In this document: one piece after another, positions 28,577 through 38,400 of the stretch
How the letters are laid out: every line of letters begins with the position of its first letter
Position numbering within the stretch: the first letter of the stretch is position 1
IMG/VR virus record: IMGVR_UViG_3300045996_002451
Location: 19,172-83,171 of that record
Source: a virus
Taxonomy: Duplodnaviria > Heunggongvirae > Uroviricota > Caudoviricetes
Length of the DNA: 64,000 nucleotides
Reading direction: 5' to 3' (one strand)
The notes under the pieces: model-generated
Databases searched by the model: none
Told to the model about the DNA's origin: nothing
Seen by the model: only the letters and a program-made list of their open reading frames with translations
Program-made: the position numbers and the translations under genes

Positions 28577-29229
28577 TTAGCACGCGCCAAGGGGTCACCC
28601 CAGTACGCTAAAGGGATCTCTGTCTTGGAGCTAAGCTCAGCTTGCCAACAACCTAACCAGTCCAACCATTCCAGCTCTGCCGTGCGCTGAGCATAGACTT
28701 CTTCACGAAGCAGGTGCTTTAACTCAGCCCAGCTTTGGTTGGACCAATAGTTTTCTTGAAAGGCGAAACGTTCTTCGTATTGCTCCCGCAAGTTGTTGCT
28801 GTAGCCTGCGTAGGCCAACCGCTGCTCTTCGAGCTTCTGCTCGTAGGCTGCGTACAGCTCGATGTGAGCGTCTTGTTGACCTTCCTGATAAGCTAGCTTT
28901 CGCTCTCTTTCTAACTGTGTCTCAAGGTGCTTAGGTGTTGCTGTCCGTTCGATGACACCTTCTTCGAAGTTCCACGTCAAGCGTCGCGTTAACTCGAGCA
29001 AGTCTGCTTCGGGGAGTTCGAACCACTCACCTTGCTTGCGGTACTCTGCGTACTTGAAATGTAGGTAGCGCTCCAAGGCAGACATCGCATCCGTGCGAAT
29101 GGTGTGGATGATCTCTGCGTAAAACGGCGCGCGCTCAAAAGACTTGACCCGCTCTCGTGGAGTGCGGCTCTTACCGATTTTAGTTAAGCCGAGTCGAGAA
29201 CTGAACAAATAGATATAGCCCGCGTCCAT
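28552..29229 (-). CDS. GIY-YIG superfamily (T5orf172-like) protein
   Basis: GYIYL...TKIGKS..PRERV...LERYLHFKY...GEWF. Confidence 0.8.
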   Translation of the reverse strand: MDAGYIYLFSSRLGLTKIGKSRTPRERVKSFERAPFYAEIIHTIRTDAMSALERYLHFKYAEYRKQGEWFELPEADLLELTRRLTWNFEEGVIERTATPKHLETQLERERKLAYQEGQQDAHIELYAAYEQKLEEQRLAYAGYSNNLREQYEERFAFQENYWSNQSWAELKHLLREEVYAQRTAELEWLDWLGCWQAELSSKTEIPLAYWGDPLARAKWLLAPTC

Positions 29230-29239
29230 GCTTGCTCCC

Positions 29240-29743
29240 TTACTTGAAACCAGGTGGTAAAACCACCGCGTGTCGATCGCTAGGCAGGTGCTTGACCATT
29301 AAAGGTTCGATCTCGAGCGTCCAGTCCCGTCCGCCATGTCCGCAACCCAAGGGTGGCCAGGCCACGTACGGCCCTTCATTGACACACCGGTTGAAGCGGT
29401 CATCGACAAACTCTCGCCAGAGATCGCGAAAGATGAGCAGGTTGCCCCGGATCAGGTCGAGTGGAGACGGAGCGCGCCAATCGCGCTTGGTGGGAAAAAG
29501 AATGAGCCGGTGGTCTTCTACCAGGTAAGGATGTTCCGGGTGGCCTTCGTTGTTCGGATCCTGCTCTTGCAGATAGAGACCATAACGGGCAGGCAAGTCC
29601 GGGAAACGTAGTGCGGCTTGCTGGGCGAGGCCCGCACCCATGATCGCGGTGCCGTCCTTGCGGGTCTGGGTATTCGTGGTAACCACTACCCACGCCCCGC
29701 GCTCGTAGTACTTCCAGATGTCGGAGTTTGGTAATAGCTGCAT
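29240..29743 (-). CDS. macrodomain (ADP-ribose processing) protein
   Basis: VVTTN...MGAGLA.QAA.RFP...LFPTK.DWR...PPLGCGHGG.DW. Confidence 0.85.
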   Translation of the reverse strand: MQLLPNSDIWKYYERGAWVVVTTNTQTRKDGTAIMGAGLAQQAALRFPDLPARYGLYLQEQDPNNEGHPEHPYLVEDHRLILFPTKRDWRAPSPLDLIRGNLLIFRDLWREFVDDRFNRCVNEGPYVAWPPLGCGHGGRDWTLEIEPLMVKHLPSDRHAVVLPPGFK

Positions 29744-29825
29744 GTCAGTCTCCTAAGAGGGGTGGGGCTTAACAAGACTCCCTACACCCTTACACGCAAC
29801 CCTACGTGAAAAGACCCAGGGCGCG

Positions 29826-30029
29826 TTAACGCGCCCTGGGTCTGAACCATTGCGAGGACTGCTCGGGAGTCCGATGCTTTTCTAAGTACTCTTCCCGGTA
29901 CCGGTAAGCGCACTTTTCCGAGCAAAAGGGCCCCACGTCGGATAAGAGGAGCTTGAACGCTTGCTCAGGACGTTCAATGTACTTACTGCAAGCAGGCAGG
30001 CTGCACACAAGGCGTTGTGATTCAGGCAT
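29826..30029 (-). CDS. small zinc-finger protein
   Basis: CSLPAC...FCSEKC. Confidence 0.55.
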   Translation of the reverse strand: MPESQRLVCSLPACSKYIERPEQAFKLLLSDVGPFCSEKCAYRYREEYLEKHRTPEQSSQWFRPRAR

Positions 30030-30566
30030 CTACTTACCTCGGTCGAAGACCGCGTTGTGGATGTTCCGATCCCAGCAGGCTTGTTGTGACAACCAGCGCA
30101 ACTGGGCCAGGTACTCACTGCCACAGTATACGCGCCCGGACGGCTCGTCGACATAGATCTGCTCAGCCGGAAAGTACCGGTGGTAGTGCGTCTCGGCCAG
30201 ATGCATGGTCGTCTCAACGTCCAACGGACCGTAGGTCTTGCGCGGATGCCGGATCCCCAGACGTTCGGCAAGGAGGGTTGCGTCTCGCAGGCTGACCTCC
30301 AGGTGATGCTGAGCTGCTACGCTGCGGACGTGCTTGATGGCTTCAATGATGTGGACGCCCTTTTCGATCTGCTGCGTCAGGAGCAGGCCTACATCTTCGA
30401 GGGTCATCGTGACTGCGTTGATGCAGCCCAGGGTTATTACCTGCTGGACTTCGTCCACATCGATTAGCTCGATGTGGTACAGCTTGCCTTCAAGCTGTAC
30501 CTGTACGGTCATTGCGGAGTTAGCTGGTTTCGTCCAGATCTGCTCTTGGAGTTGTTCGAGATTCAT
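30030..30566 (-). CDS. hypothetical protein
   Basis: Likely start MNLEQ after GGAG. Confidence 0.55.
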   Translation of the reverse strand: MNLEQLQEQIWTKPANSAMTVQVQLEGKLYHIELIDVDEVQQVITLGCINAVTMTLEDVGLLLTQQIEKGVHIIEAIKHVRSVAAQHHLEVSLRDATLLAERLGIRHPRKTYGPLDVETTMHLAETHYHRYFPAEQIYVDEPSGRVYCGSEYLAQLRWLSQQACWDRNIHNAVFDRGK

Positions 30567-30924
30567 CAGGGTTCTCCCGGCGAGCTTTCGCCGCCCGTGC
30601 GCGAACACGCACCGCTTCGATGCGCGCGTGGTATTTGCCGTGCGCGTACGCGCTGTCGTAGCTGACCGGTAGCTCCGGGTCGCTGTACACAAAGTCATCG
30701 ATGTTCAGGCAGTAGATATCTACCTTGGGCTGACCTGCGCAGAAGCGCCCACCCACGATGCGTTCCGGGTCGTTTGGATCCCGTTCCAGGATCTGGAGGC
30801 ACCCATCCCAGTAGCCCACGTTAATCACGTTGATCTCTACGATATCCATGTTGGCTACGCATGCCTGCATCTCGCCGCTGGGATCGGCCTCTTGTAACAG
30901 GCGAATCACGTCTTTAGTCTTCAT
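30520..30924 (-). CDS. hypothetical protein
   Basis: 134-aa ORF in the gene run. Confidence 0.6.
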   Translation of the reverse strand: MKTKDVIRLLQEADPSGEMQACVANMDIVEINVINVGYWDGCLQILERDPNDPERIVGGRFCAGQPKVDIYCLNIDDFVYSDPELPVSYDSAYAHGKYHARIEAVRVRARAAKARRENPDESRTTPRADLDETS

Positions 30925-30929
30925 CGGTG

Positions 30930-31475
30930 CTAGCCTTCAAGTCGCTTGGGCCGTTCCATCCGAGGTATCCGGTCCAGGGAGACCAGGAGCAGGTAGACTA
31001 CCGTCCAGAGCTGGCAGTTGTTCTGGATCTCCGCCGACCACTCCCGAATGTTCTCCGTGTAGTAGCTACGGATGAGTTCTTTTGGGAAGCCTTCGAAGTA
31101 GCAGTCCGCCAGCTCGTTACCCGTGTACTCCGGATCGAGGGGCGGGGTGACAAAGCACAACCGACTGAGGTCCGCGACGATGGGCTGCTCGGAGAGCACC
31201 GTCAACTTCCAGTTGTAGAAGTTATTGCGCAGGATCAGTCGGAGTCCCCAGTCCGGACGGTACAGCTCAAAGACCGGCAGCACGATGCTGCACGACCGGT
31301 GTTCGCCCACGATGTGGATCAACTGATCCCGGCGCAGTTGGTAGTCCATGCCGATACCCATCAGGGCGGCAATGTCCGACCGGATGAACGCGACTTGTTG
31401 AGTAGCGCCGTCTTGATGGTCAGCCGGTTTACTCAACCAACGTGCGGCCCACCATTCAGTCAGAGGTATTCTCAT
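30930..31475 (-). CDS. hypothetical protein
   Basis: 181 aa, GAGGA RBS. Confidence 0.65.
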   Translation of the reverse strand: MRIPLTEWWAARWLSKPADHQDGATQQVAFIRSDIAALMGIGMDYQLRRDQLIHIVGEHRSCSIVLPVFELYRPDWGLRLILRNNFYNWKLTVLSEQPIVADLSRLCFVTPPLDPEYTGNELADCYFEGFPKELIRSYYTENIREWSAEIQNNCQLWTVVYLLLVSLDRIPRMERPKRLEG

Positions 31476-31726
31476 TAGCTAGGTCCTCTTTCTCAGTATC
31501 AGAAAAGCCGAGGCTTTCCAGCCTCAAATGGAGCCGGACGTTGGGGAGCCGCTGGGGCAGGTGGCTTAGGTCCACGATCTTACCGCGTTCCAGTCCGGGT
31601 CCCAGGTGAACTTGGTCAAGTGCGACATCCAGTCGCGTCAGGAAGTCCTGGGCCTCGGCTTTGGCCAGCGGGGTAGCAGGGGTCTGCAGCACTTCGTCGT
31701 CATCCAAGGGAAAGGACACAGCGCAC

Positions 31727-32092
31727 CTACGCTTTCTGGTTCAAGAGTTCCCGAGCGTATTCACGTACGGCCTGGATGGCCGCTTTCTGACCGCAGTGCA
31801 GGGTGAGGGAGACAAAGTAGCTGGAGATCTCCATCATTGCTCCATCCCGGAAATAGAAGCCAGGCAGGTACTGGTATCCTTCTTTGAAATCACCTTTCGG
31901 CTGCACGTGCTGGTACTTACCAAGATGACCCACCAGACAACGTTGCGTGTTGTCTGGTGTGACGTACTGCAGAGCACACCAAGCAGACTCCGGCGCATCG
32001 ACGACGCGTTGTAGCGCGGCGCGTGGCTGCTCGGCGAGTAGCGCTTTCAAGAGCTGGAAAGTGAGGACCTGAGCGGGTTGACAAAAGGCCAT
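31727..32092 (-). CDS. paralog family B member
   Basis: ALQRVVDAP...RCLVGHLGKY. Confidence 0.72.
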   Translation of the reverse strand: MAFCQPAQVLTFQLLKALLAEQPRAALQRVVDAPESAWCALQYVTPDNTQRCLVGHLGKYQHVQPKGDFKEGYQYLPGFYFRDGAMMEISSYFVSLTLHCGQKAAIQAVREYARELLNQKA

Positions 32093-32093
32093 C

Positions 32094-32477
32094 TTAGTCC
32101 GCTTTCTGTAAGAGCTTCCGGGCGTCATCCTGGATCGCCACGATCAAGTCGTGAGTGTCGTAGCGTTGTCCAAGATGGATCGCCAGGCTGGAAAAACGCA
32201 TCATCGCGGGTTCATAGGTCTCGAACCCGGGCAGTTGGATGGTCCGCCTGCCATCAGGATGCTCTTGATAATCGCCGAGATGCCCTACCAGGCAGCGGGT
32301 ACCAGTGTCGCTACTGAGGTAAAACGACAGGTTCCAACTCTCTAAGGGCGCCGAGACCACCCGCTGCAAGGCGTCTGCGGGTTGTAGGCGGAGCAAGGAC
32401 AGCAGTTCCTGATACTGCTCGGTTAAACGGAACGGAGGCTGTTGTGTTTCAGCATGGATGCGCTTAAGCTTGAACAT
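32094..32477 (-). CDS. paralog family B member
   Basis: ALQRVVSAP...RCLVGHLGDY. Confidence 0.72.
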   Translation of the reverse strand: MFKLKRIHAETQQPPFRLTEQYQELLSLLRLQPADALQRVVSAPLESWNLSFYLSSDTGTRCLVGHLGDYQEHPDGRRTIQLPGFETYEPAMMRFSSLAIHLGQRYDTHDLIVAIQDDARKLLQKAD

Positions 32478-33184
32478 CAGAATACCTCAGTGGTAGGAAC
32501 GCAGGAGTCGACCATCGGGTTGTAGACTGTCGGGATGTCAACTGCCGAAGTGCGCCCTGCTAAAAGACAGCGGGCAGTGTGTTGAACCGCCCTCACCACA
32601 TTCGGCGTGGTGTGGGTCGTGGTGTTCAGGATGAAGTTGAACGAGAGGTTGTGCGTATGGTAGTTAGCCGGGCTGAAAGGGCTGTAGCCCGGCTCAAAAT
32701 CATAAACAACGTCGGCGTTCGAGGGCGCATATCGGTAGTTGCCCAGGTGTCCGACCAGGCAGCGATGGCCCAAGCGATCGCAGTAGGCCATCGGGTTCCA
32801 CTTGTTCAAGGGTGCATCCAGGACGCGTTGTAGCGCCTCGTTGGACTGCTGGGACAAGCCGTTTGCCAGGGGCACATAAATCGGGTCGTCCAATACCTTT
32901 AGCACCGAAGGGTTCAGGAGCGGACGAGCCAGCTCCTCATAACCCTGCTGGGGATCCGGGCCATAGACGGCGTCATTGCCGGGGTAAGAGACGCGGACGG
33001 ACAGCCCGTTGATCAGGTGCGTCTCGGTGGCATCGCCCCGATCGACATTGCGGACGATGTGCCATTCTTCCAGCTCGCCGTAGGTGCGGCCACACAGGCT
33101 GGCGAGCACCTGATCCAGGTAGACGTGGTCCGGATCGTTCAGCGTGCAATCATCCTCTATCCAGTACGGAATCAAAGTGTGCAT
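32477..33184 (-). CDS. paralog family B member with an N-terminal extension
   Basis: ALQRVLDAP...RCLVGHLGNY. Confidence 0.72.
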   Translation of the reverse strand: MHTLIPYWIEDDCTLNDPDHVYLDQVLASLCGRTYGELEEWHIVRNVDRGDATETHLINGLSVRVSYPGNDAVYGPDPQQGYEELARPLLNPSVLKVLDDPIYVPLANGLSQQSNEALQRVLDAPLNKWNPMAYCDRLGHRCLVGHLGNYRYAPSNADVVYDFEPGYSPFSPANYHTHNLSFNFILNTTTHTTPNVVRAVQHTARCLLAGRTSAVDIPTVYNPMVDSCVPTTEVF

Positions 33185-33195
33185 CGAGTTACCTC

Positions 33196-33537
33196 TTACG
33201 TGTTGGCGACGCCGATTCCGGCGATCAGGAAGTCGGCGTAGCTAAGGACGCGCATGAACGCTACGTCCCACGTTACGTTTTTTCCCGGGTCAGGCGGGTT
33301 GGTGAGTACCGAGATCTTGTACAGCAACTGCCAGTTACCGTCCGTGGACAGGCGTTGCAGCACCACGGTGTGCTTGGTGTCGCCGCGTAACACCTGGGTA
33401 GGCATGACGCGCCAGACAATGTTGCGCTCCCGATCGAAGCGGTGTAGCGCTGACAGCTCGCTGTTAAACACCTTCCAATTTCCATTGGCAAAGTGCAGCA
33501 TGCTTTGGATCCCTTCATCTAGCGTAGTCAATGGCAT
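33196..33537 (-). CDS. hypothetical protein
   Basis: 113 aa, AAGGAG RBS. Confidence 0.6.
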   Translation of the reverse strand: MPLTTLDEGIQSMLHFANGNWKVFNSELSALHRFDRERNIVWRVMPTQVLRGDTKHTVVLQRLSTDGNWQLLYKISVLTNPPDPGKNVTWDVAFMRVLSYADFLIAGIGVANT

Positions 33538-33548
33538 CGAACTGCTCC

Positions 33549-33806
33549 TTATTCGAAATGGATCATGCGCTGAGGACGTCCCAGGTTGTCGCGCTCTTCA
33601 CCATCGTAGCTGATTTTGGGTCCGGAGAGAGCGGTCAACGCGAAGTAAGGCGGGGAGATCTCAGCCTTCAGCTCACCTGATTGGATGCGGGCCAGGACCT
33701 CTTCCGGCGTCAGGCCTGCGTACTGTTCGCGCACCTGGGTGGCTTGTGCATCGTCCGGGACCTCAATGGTCACACACTGTCGAATCTGCGTATACAGCTT
33801 GCCCAT
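33549..33806 (-). CDS. hypothetical protein
   Basis: Likely start MGKLY after AGGAG. Confidence 0.55.
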   Translation of the reverse strand: MGKLYTQIRQCVTIEVPDDAQATQVREQYAGLTPEEVLARIQSGELKAEISPPYFALTALSGPKISYDGEERDNLGRPQRMIHFE

Positions 33807-34095
33807 AGGTTGGCTCCTGCTTAAAAAGGATGCGGGGCTTGAGCCACCCCGCCGAGAGTTGTTCGTCTTACGCACCGTCTCAGGCAGTCGTTCACACCGA
33901 CTGGTAAGTTCGTCCACAACTCAGGCGCCACTGGTTTCTTTCCCGTGGCCGGAAACGCTATGCCCTGTCTTTCCTGGAGAGGTGGTAGCCGTGGCTACGC
34001 TCCAGTGTCTCGAGGCCCGTGGTAGCGCTGCCCGCGCCTGCCCGTTCACGTCGCAGGTGTATGTAGTTGTAGCTTGGCCCGCCACAGCCAAGGGG

Positions 34096-34491
34096 TTAGG
34101 ACGCGGACTTAACCCGCGCCTTCAAGATCTGCTGCGCGGCTGTCTGTAGCGCAGCGACAATCACCGGCGTAACGTACCGGTCTTCCAGTTCGAGCGCCCA
34201 GTCCGAGTAGTCGTACATCCGGGGAAGGTGGCTTTCATAGCCAGGTTCGATGAGACGACCCCACCTGCCTTCAATGAGCGCGTACCGGTAATCACCCAGG
34301 TGTCCTACCAGACAGCGGCGCGTGTCTACCGTGTTGAGGTAGTGACCGAAGTCCCACATCCCCACGGGGTTGTCTACGACGCGCTGGAGGGCGGCATCCG
34401 GCTCTTCCTGGAGGTAAGTCACGATCTTCTGGAAGGTTGGATCTTGCTCGATCGGTGGCGTCTCTGGGGTTGCACTTAGGGTCTCAGCCAT
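34096..34491 (-). CDS. paralog family B member
   Basis: ALQRVVDNP...RCLVGHLGDY. Confidence 0.72.
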   Translation of the reverse strand: MAETLSATPETPPIEQDPTFQKIVTYLQEEPDAALQRVVDNPVGMWDFGHYLNTVDTRRCLVGHLGDYRYALIEGRWGRLIEPGYESHLPRMYDYSDWALELEDRYVTPVIVAALQTAAQQILKARVKSAS

Positions 34492-34933
34492 CGTTCGGTT
34501 CCTTTCGTAGATCGAGCAGCGTTTGCGCCGCCTGGCGTAGCGCAGCGATCACTAACTGTTCGTCGTGTCCCTCGATTAGCCTAAAGCACAGGCTGGAGAG
34601 TTTGCCTGGAATCTGCTGGAACGGTTCGTAAAGCGGCAGCCCGCTGAGGAGCCACTGGTCGTCTACACGCTTAAGCGTAAGGTCGCCCAGGTGTCCGACC
34701 AGACAACGTGGACCAGCAGCGTTGAGGCTGCGGTACTGATCGAAGTTCCATTTGCCGGGTTCAGCCTGAACAACCCGCTCCAGCGCCTCGGCAGGCGCCG
34801 TGGAGATCAGTTCGAGCACTTCCTGGAACACGGGGTCCAGATAGAGCGGGTGCAGAAAGTATTCGGAGCTGTCCAGTAGTGGACGTAGGGCCTGTTCTGC
34901 GGTTTCGGTTAGGGGGAAAGACGTTTGTTTCAT
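34484..34933 (-). CDS. paralog family B member
   Basis: ALERVVQAEP...RCLVGHLGDL. Confidence 0.72.
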   Translation of the reverse strand: MKQTSFPLTETAEQALRPLLDSSEYFLHPLYLDPVFQEVLELISTAPAEALERVVQAEPGKWNFDQYRSLNAAGPRCLVGHLGDLTLKRVDDQWLLSGLPLYEPFQQIPGKLSSLCFRLIEGHDEQLVIAALRQAAQTLLDLRKEPNDG

Positions 34934-34963
34934 GGCAGCACACCTCTTAAAAGAAAACGAGGG

Positions 34964-35326
34964 TTAACGGTAGAGACGCTCCCCGCAATGACTACAAAAG
35001 TGGTCCGTACAGAGTGTGCTCTGTTTACAGACCGGACACGTAGAGTCTGTGCGTGCGCCACACTCCGGGCAATAGGATGTCAACCCACCGGAATGGAAAC
35101 GGTTGATCTGATGTTGATTCAAACACTGGACAGGAGTTTGAACCAACGCGTTGAGTTGGGACAACAGTTCGGAAGCCACTTGGGGTTGGAGTGCGTCGTT
35201 TTCTAGCTTATTCAGCAAGCTGGCGCTTTTACCGATCAGGGAAGCTAGATCTTTCTGGGTAAGTCGCATGCGTGTCCTAAAACGCACCACTGCTTCACTG
35301 TTGTCCAGCTCGAAGTTAGTGTTCAT
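34964..35326 (-). CDS. XRE-type HTH regulator with a double zinc ribbon
   Basis: LTQKDLASLIGKSASLLNKLEN; four CxxC motifs. Confidence 0.8.
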   Translation of the reverse strand: MNTNFELDNSEAVVRFRTRMRLTQKDLASLIGKSASLLNKLENDALQPQVASELLSQLNALVQTPVQCLNQHQINRFHSGGLTSYCPECGARTDSTCPVCKQSTLCTDHFCSHCGERLYR

Positions 35327-35358
35327 GGCAGCACACCTGTTACACGGGTAACTCCTGG

Positions 35359-35856
35359 CTAGAGCGCCAGGAGCACGTTCGGGTCAAAGTACAGGGGATA
35401 CTCGAAGTACCCTAGATAGTCCAAGCGGCCAAAGCCGTAGGTCATGCTGCCGCAGATGCCGGTGGAGCAGCTCCAACGCTCGCCCGCGTAAAGACGGCGC
35501 AACGCTTCTTGTTCGTCATCTACGGGGGTAGCGCACAGGCGGCAGCAGCCATCCGAGCAACAGATCGGCGCGTCTGCATCCAGTATGGCTCCGTTCCGCA
35601 CCTGAAAGAGGAAGTACTGCATCAACCAGCGACCATTGCATCCGGAGTAGACATTGAAGCCGTACCCGCTGGTGTGCATCAAGAAATCGACCGGATCCCG
35701 GTAGTAGTCATCGGTGGCCTGGTCTTTGGCGTCCTGGAGCACCTGCTCTTTGGACTCGCCGTAGATGGCACCGAGTACATCCAAGTACTTATCCTCGTCG
35801 GCGGGCACCGCAACCCACTGAACCACGGGCGTGACTGTTTGAGACTCGTTGGGCAT
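35359..35856 (-). CDS. Cys-rich hypothetical protein
   Basis: Likely start MPNES after AGGAG. Confidence 0.55.
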   Translation of the reverse strand: MPNESQTVTPVVQWVAVPADEDKYLDVLGAIYGESKEQVLQDAKDQATDDYYRDPVDFLMHTSGYGFNVYSGCNGRWLMQYFLFQVRNGAILDADAPICCSDGCCRLCATPVDDEQEALRRLYAGERWSCSTGICGSMTYGFGRLDYLGYFEYPLYFDPNVLLAL

Positions 35857-35913
35857 CGAAGTAGCTCCTGGAAAAGAGGAGGCAGGCACCCCGCAGGGCA
35901 CCTGCTGCGTAGC

Positions 35914-36501
35914 TTAGATAACGGAGACGCGGTGCGTGAGAGGGTCCAGATTGTACAGGGTCCGCTCCAGCTTGCGCGCGACCGCGACACAGTTTCCGGT
36001 GCCGCCACGTGTACCATCCCAACAAGATAGGACGCGCTTACTCCGCTCGACCATCCAGGTGTTGCGCGCGTTCAGCAAGGCCGGTGCGTTCGGCTCTTTC
36101 TGCTCCTGCGCCGCGGCCTCATTGAGCCGCACCATCAATTCGGAGAAGGTGATCTGCTCATCCCGATCGGTCAGCCAGATCTCGTCCGCCTGCTGCACGA
36201 TGTTGCGCCAGCGGATCTGCGACTCCAGCGGCCAGATCAAGGGCTGGGTCAGGAACGGCACCGCGGCGATGAGGCGCACGTCCGGGTGAATCGACTTGAG
36301 CTGCAAGACTGCCTCGGCAGCCCACGTGTCCCAACCCAGCGCCATCCCCGACACACAGGTCCGCATCGACACGTTGTAGAAGCGCTCCAGGGTCTGGTAG
36401 AGGACCGGGTAGAGCACGGAATGGAAATTGGTCTGGTCGTTATACCCGCCGAGTTTGACTGGGCGGTGGCCTGTAAAGCACAGATGGTACCGAGGAGTCA
36501 T
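35914..36501 (-). CDS. SLOG family protein (YspA/DUF1273-like)
   Basis: CFTGHRP, SGMALGWDTWAAE, RNTWMV, WDG..GGTGNCV. Confidence 0.88.
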   Translation of the reverse strand: MTPRYHLCFTGHRPVKLGGYNDQTNFHSVLYPVLYQTLERFYNVSMRTCVSGMALGWDTWAAEAVLQLKSIHPDVRLIAAVPFLTQPLIWPLESQIRWRNIVQQADEIWLTDRDEQITFSELMVRLNEAAAQEQKEPNAPALLNARNTWMVERSKRVLSCWDGTRGGTGNCVAVARKLERTLYNLDPLTHRVSVI

Positions 36502-37456
36502 TGCACCGTCTCCAGGAGAGAGCACCCACCCCGCCTTGCTCCAGTGTAAGGACTACCAAGTAGAGTAAAACTTAGTAGTAGGAACAGGAGTAGTAGCAGC
36601 GGTACGTAGGTCCGTATGGAAGTGAGGGTAGAGGAAGAGGTAGTAGATCTCTTCCCAGAGGGAGAGCTGCACCCCTTTAGCGCACCGCATGCGTAGGATC
36701 CGAAAGTCCTCGGAATGAGCAGCAGTAAGGGTATCAGTAGGCTTCAGAGCCATGAATCGTTCTCGCACGGTGGACACTCCAGTCGTAGTGAAGGGAAGTT
36801 ATTCAGTTGTAGGGACCTAAACGTTACATAGTAGCCTCCTAGGTGAGTGGTAACTCAAGAACCTTTACCCACACCCCTACCCGAAATCTTCCGGGTTTTA
36901 TCAACAATGTATAAGAAGATCACACTTCGTGCCTAAAACAGGCCCATACACCCTCAGATACACCCCTAAAAGAGGGATCTATACGCTTTCTGAACCTACT
37001 ATATCGCCTTTACACTAGGTACTTTTACGTCCAAGGGACGAGGGAAACGGCGAGCGTTTCTTAAGTTAAATGTAAGGGGAATGACTCCGTACACTCCCCC
37101 TACGACCCCTACGTGGTTACTTCCCTACTACTCCCGCTACATCCGAGTTGTTCTCTCTACTACTACGGGAAACGATAACTCCTGGAGCATAGTGGGGCGG
37201 GCGCAGCCTACTACGAGGCGGGCCACGCCCTTGTGATCCAGGAGATCCTTTACTCTTCCTAGTAGTAGAGAGTACTGGAGGTAGAGAGACCGGTGGGTAC
37301 ACGGGTAACGGAGTACCTCGGGTACTCCTGGGAGGAGACCGGAGAGCCTTACTCTGCAGCGTTCCAGAACGATCCATCAGCGGAGCATGATGCAGGGTAA
37401 GGGTAAGGAGAGTCCAGTAGTAGGAGAGTGCGCTCGCTTCGCTCGCGCCTTCGGCG

Positions 37457-37654
37457 CTACCGGATGCCGTGCTTCTCCAGCATCTGGGCGTAGTCCAGGA
37501 TGCCGCGGAGGTCGATGGTGGTCGCCTCCTTGATGTGTATCGAGCCGGAGAGGTTCCAGCGCTCCAGGGCAATCTGGGCGGCAGCCTGCTCATTCGGCGC
37601 TACTACCAGGTGGTGTCGCTCTTGCTCGTCGGTGAGCACATAGATATAAAGCAT
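37457..37654 (-). CDS. small hypothetical protein
   Basis: 65 aa, AAGGA RBS. Confidence 0.5.
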   Translation of the reverse strand: MLYIYVLTDEQERHHLVVAPNEQAAAQIALERWNLSGSIHIKEATTIDLRGILDYAQMLEKHGIR

Positions 37655-38400
37655 GCCGTTCCTTTCTAGTGAGGGAGCTTTCGCTCTACTACTACGGGAA
37701 AGAAGAGATGCGCTCGCTACGCTCGCGCCAGCGCGACGAGCTGGGTGACCTTGTCCAGCTCCTTAGTAGTAAGCTGAAAGTCTTGCAGGGTTTCGCCGTC
37801 CTTCATCAGGGACAACTCACACAGCTCGGGATGGTCGGTGTCGATCACCAGGTTGAGGTGACCATACTCCCGGTTGCCGCCATACGGACAGGGCAGGACG
37901 GCAGGCAGTGAGAACTTGATTTCCATAGAGGGCACCTATCTATGCGCAGGAAAAGGTGGGCCCCGGGAAGGGGCCGGTTAAAACAGGGAGAGTTGGGAAA
38001 GGGACGCGCTCGCTGACGCTCGCGCTGCGCGCGCCTCCCGGCTACGCCGGGCTAGCTCTTGCGCTAGCTCTTTCCGCGGCAGGGCCTCTTCGCGGGCCAG
38101 GTGCGTCAGCACCCGTCCGGCATCGAAGCCAAGCCGAATACGCCGGGCAGCTTCCGTCGCGACGCGCTGAAGGCGCAGTTGGTACGGAGACGGTCCGGAC
38201 TCGCTCATTTGCGGTTCCCCGCGGCCAGGCCCTTCAGGGCCACGACGCAGAGGACGATGACTGCCACGAAGGCGAAGCCGAGCAGATATAAGATGCCGCC
38301 GATCAAGGCTGCCATGTCTTCTTACTCCAGACGAAAAAACACCCCGCCCTCTACTACTAGGTAGAGAGCAGGGTGTCTGGTTGGTCCTACGCGTTACCGA

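Noticed and set aside
23871-34933. Diversity-generating retroelement behind the paralog families
   Set aside because: No reverse transcriptase in the window, and I saw no near-identical template/variable pair differing at adenines.
34931-35338. Identical 15-mer CATGGCAGCACACCT at two adjacent gene starts
   Set aside because: Most simply a duplicated RBS/start segment; only two copies.
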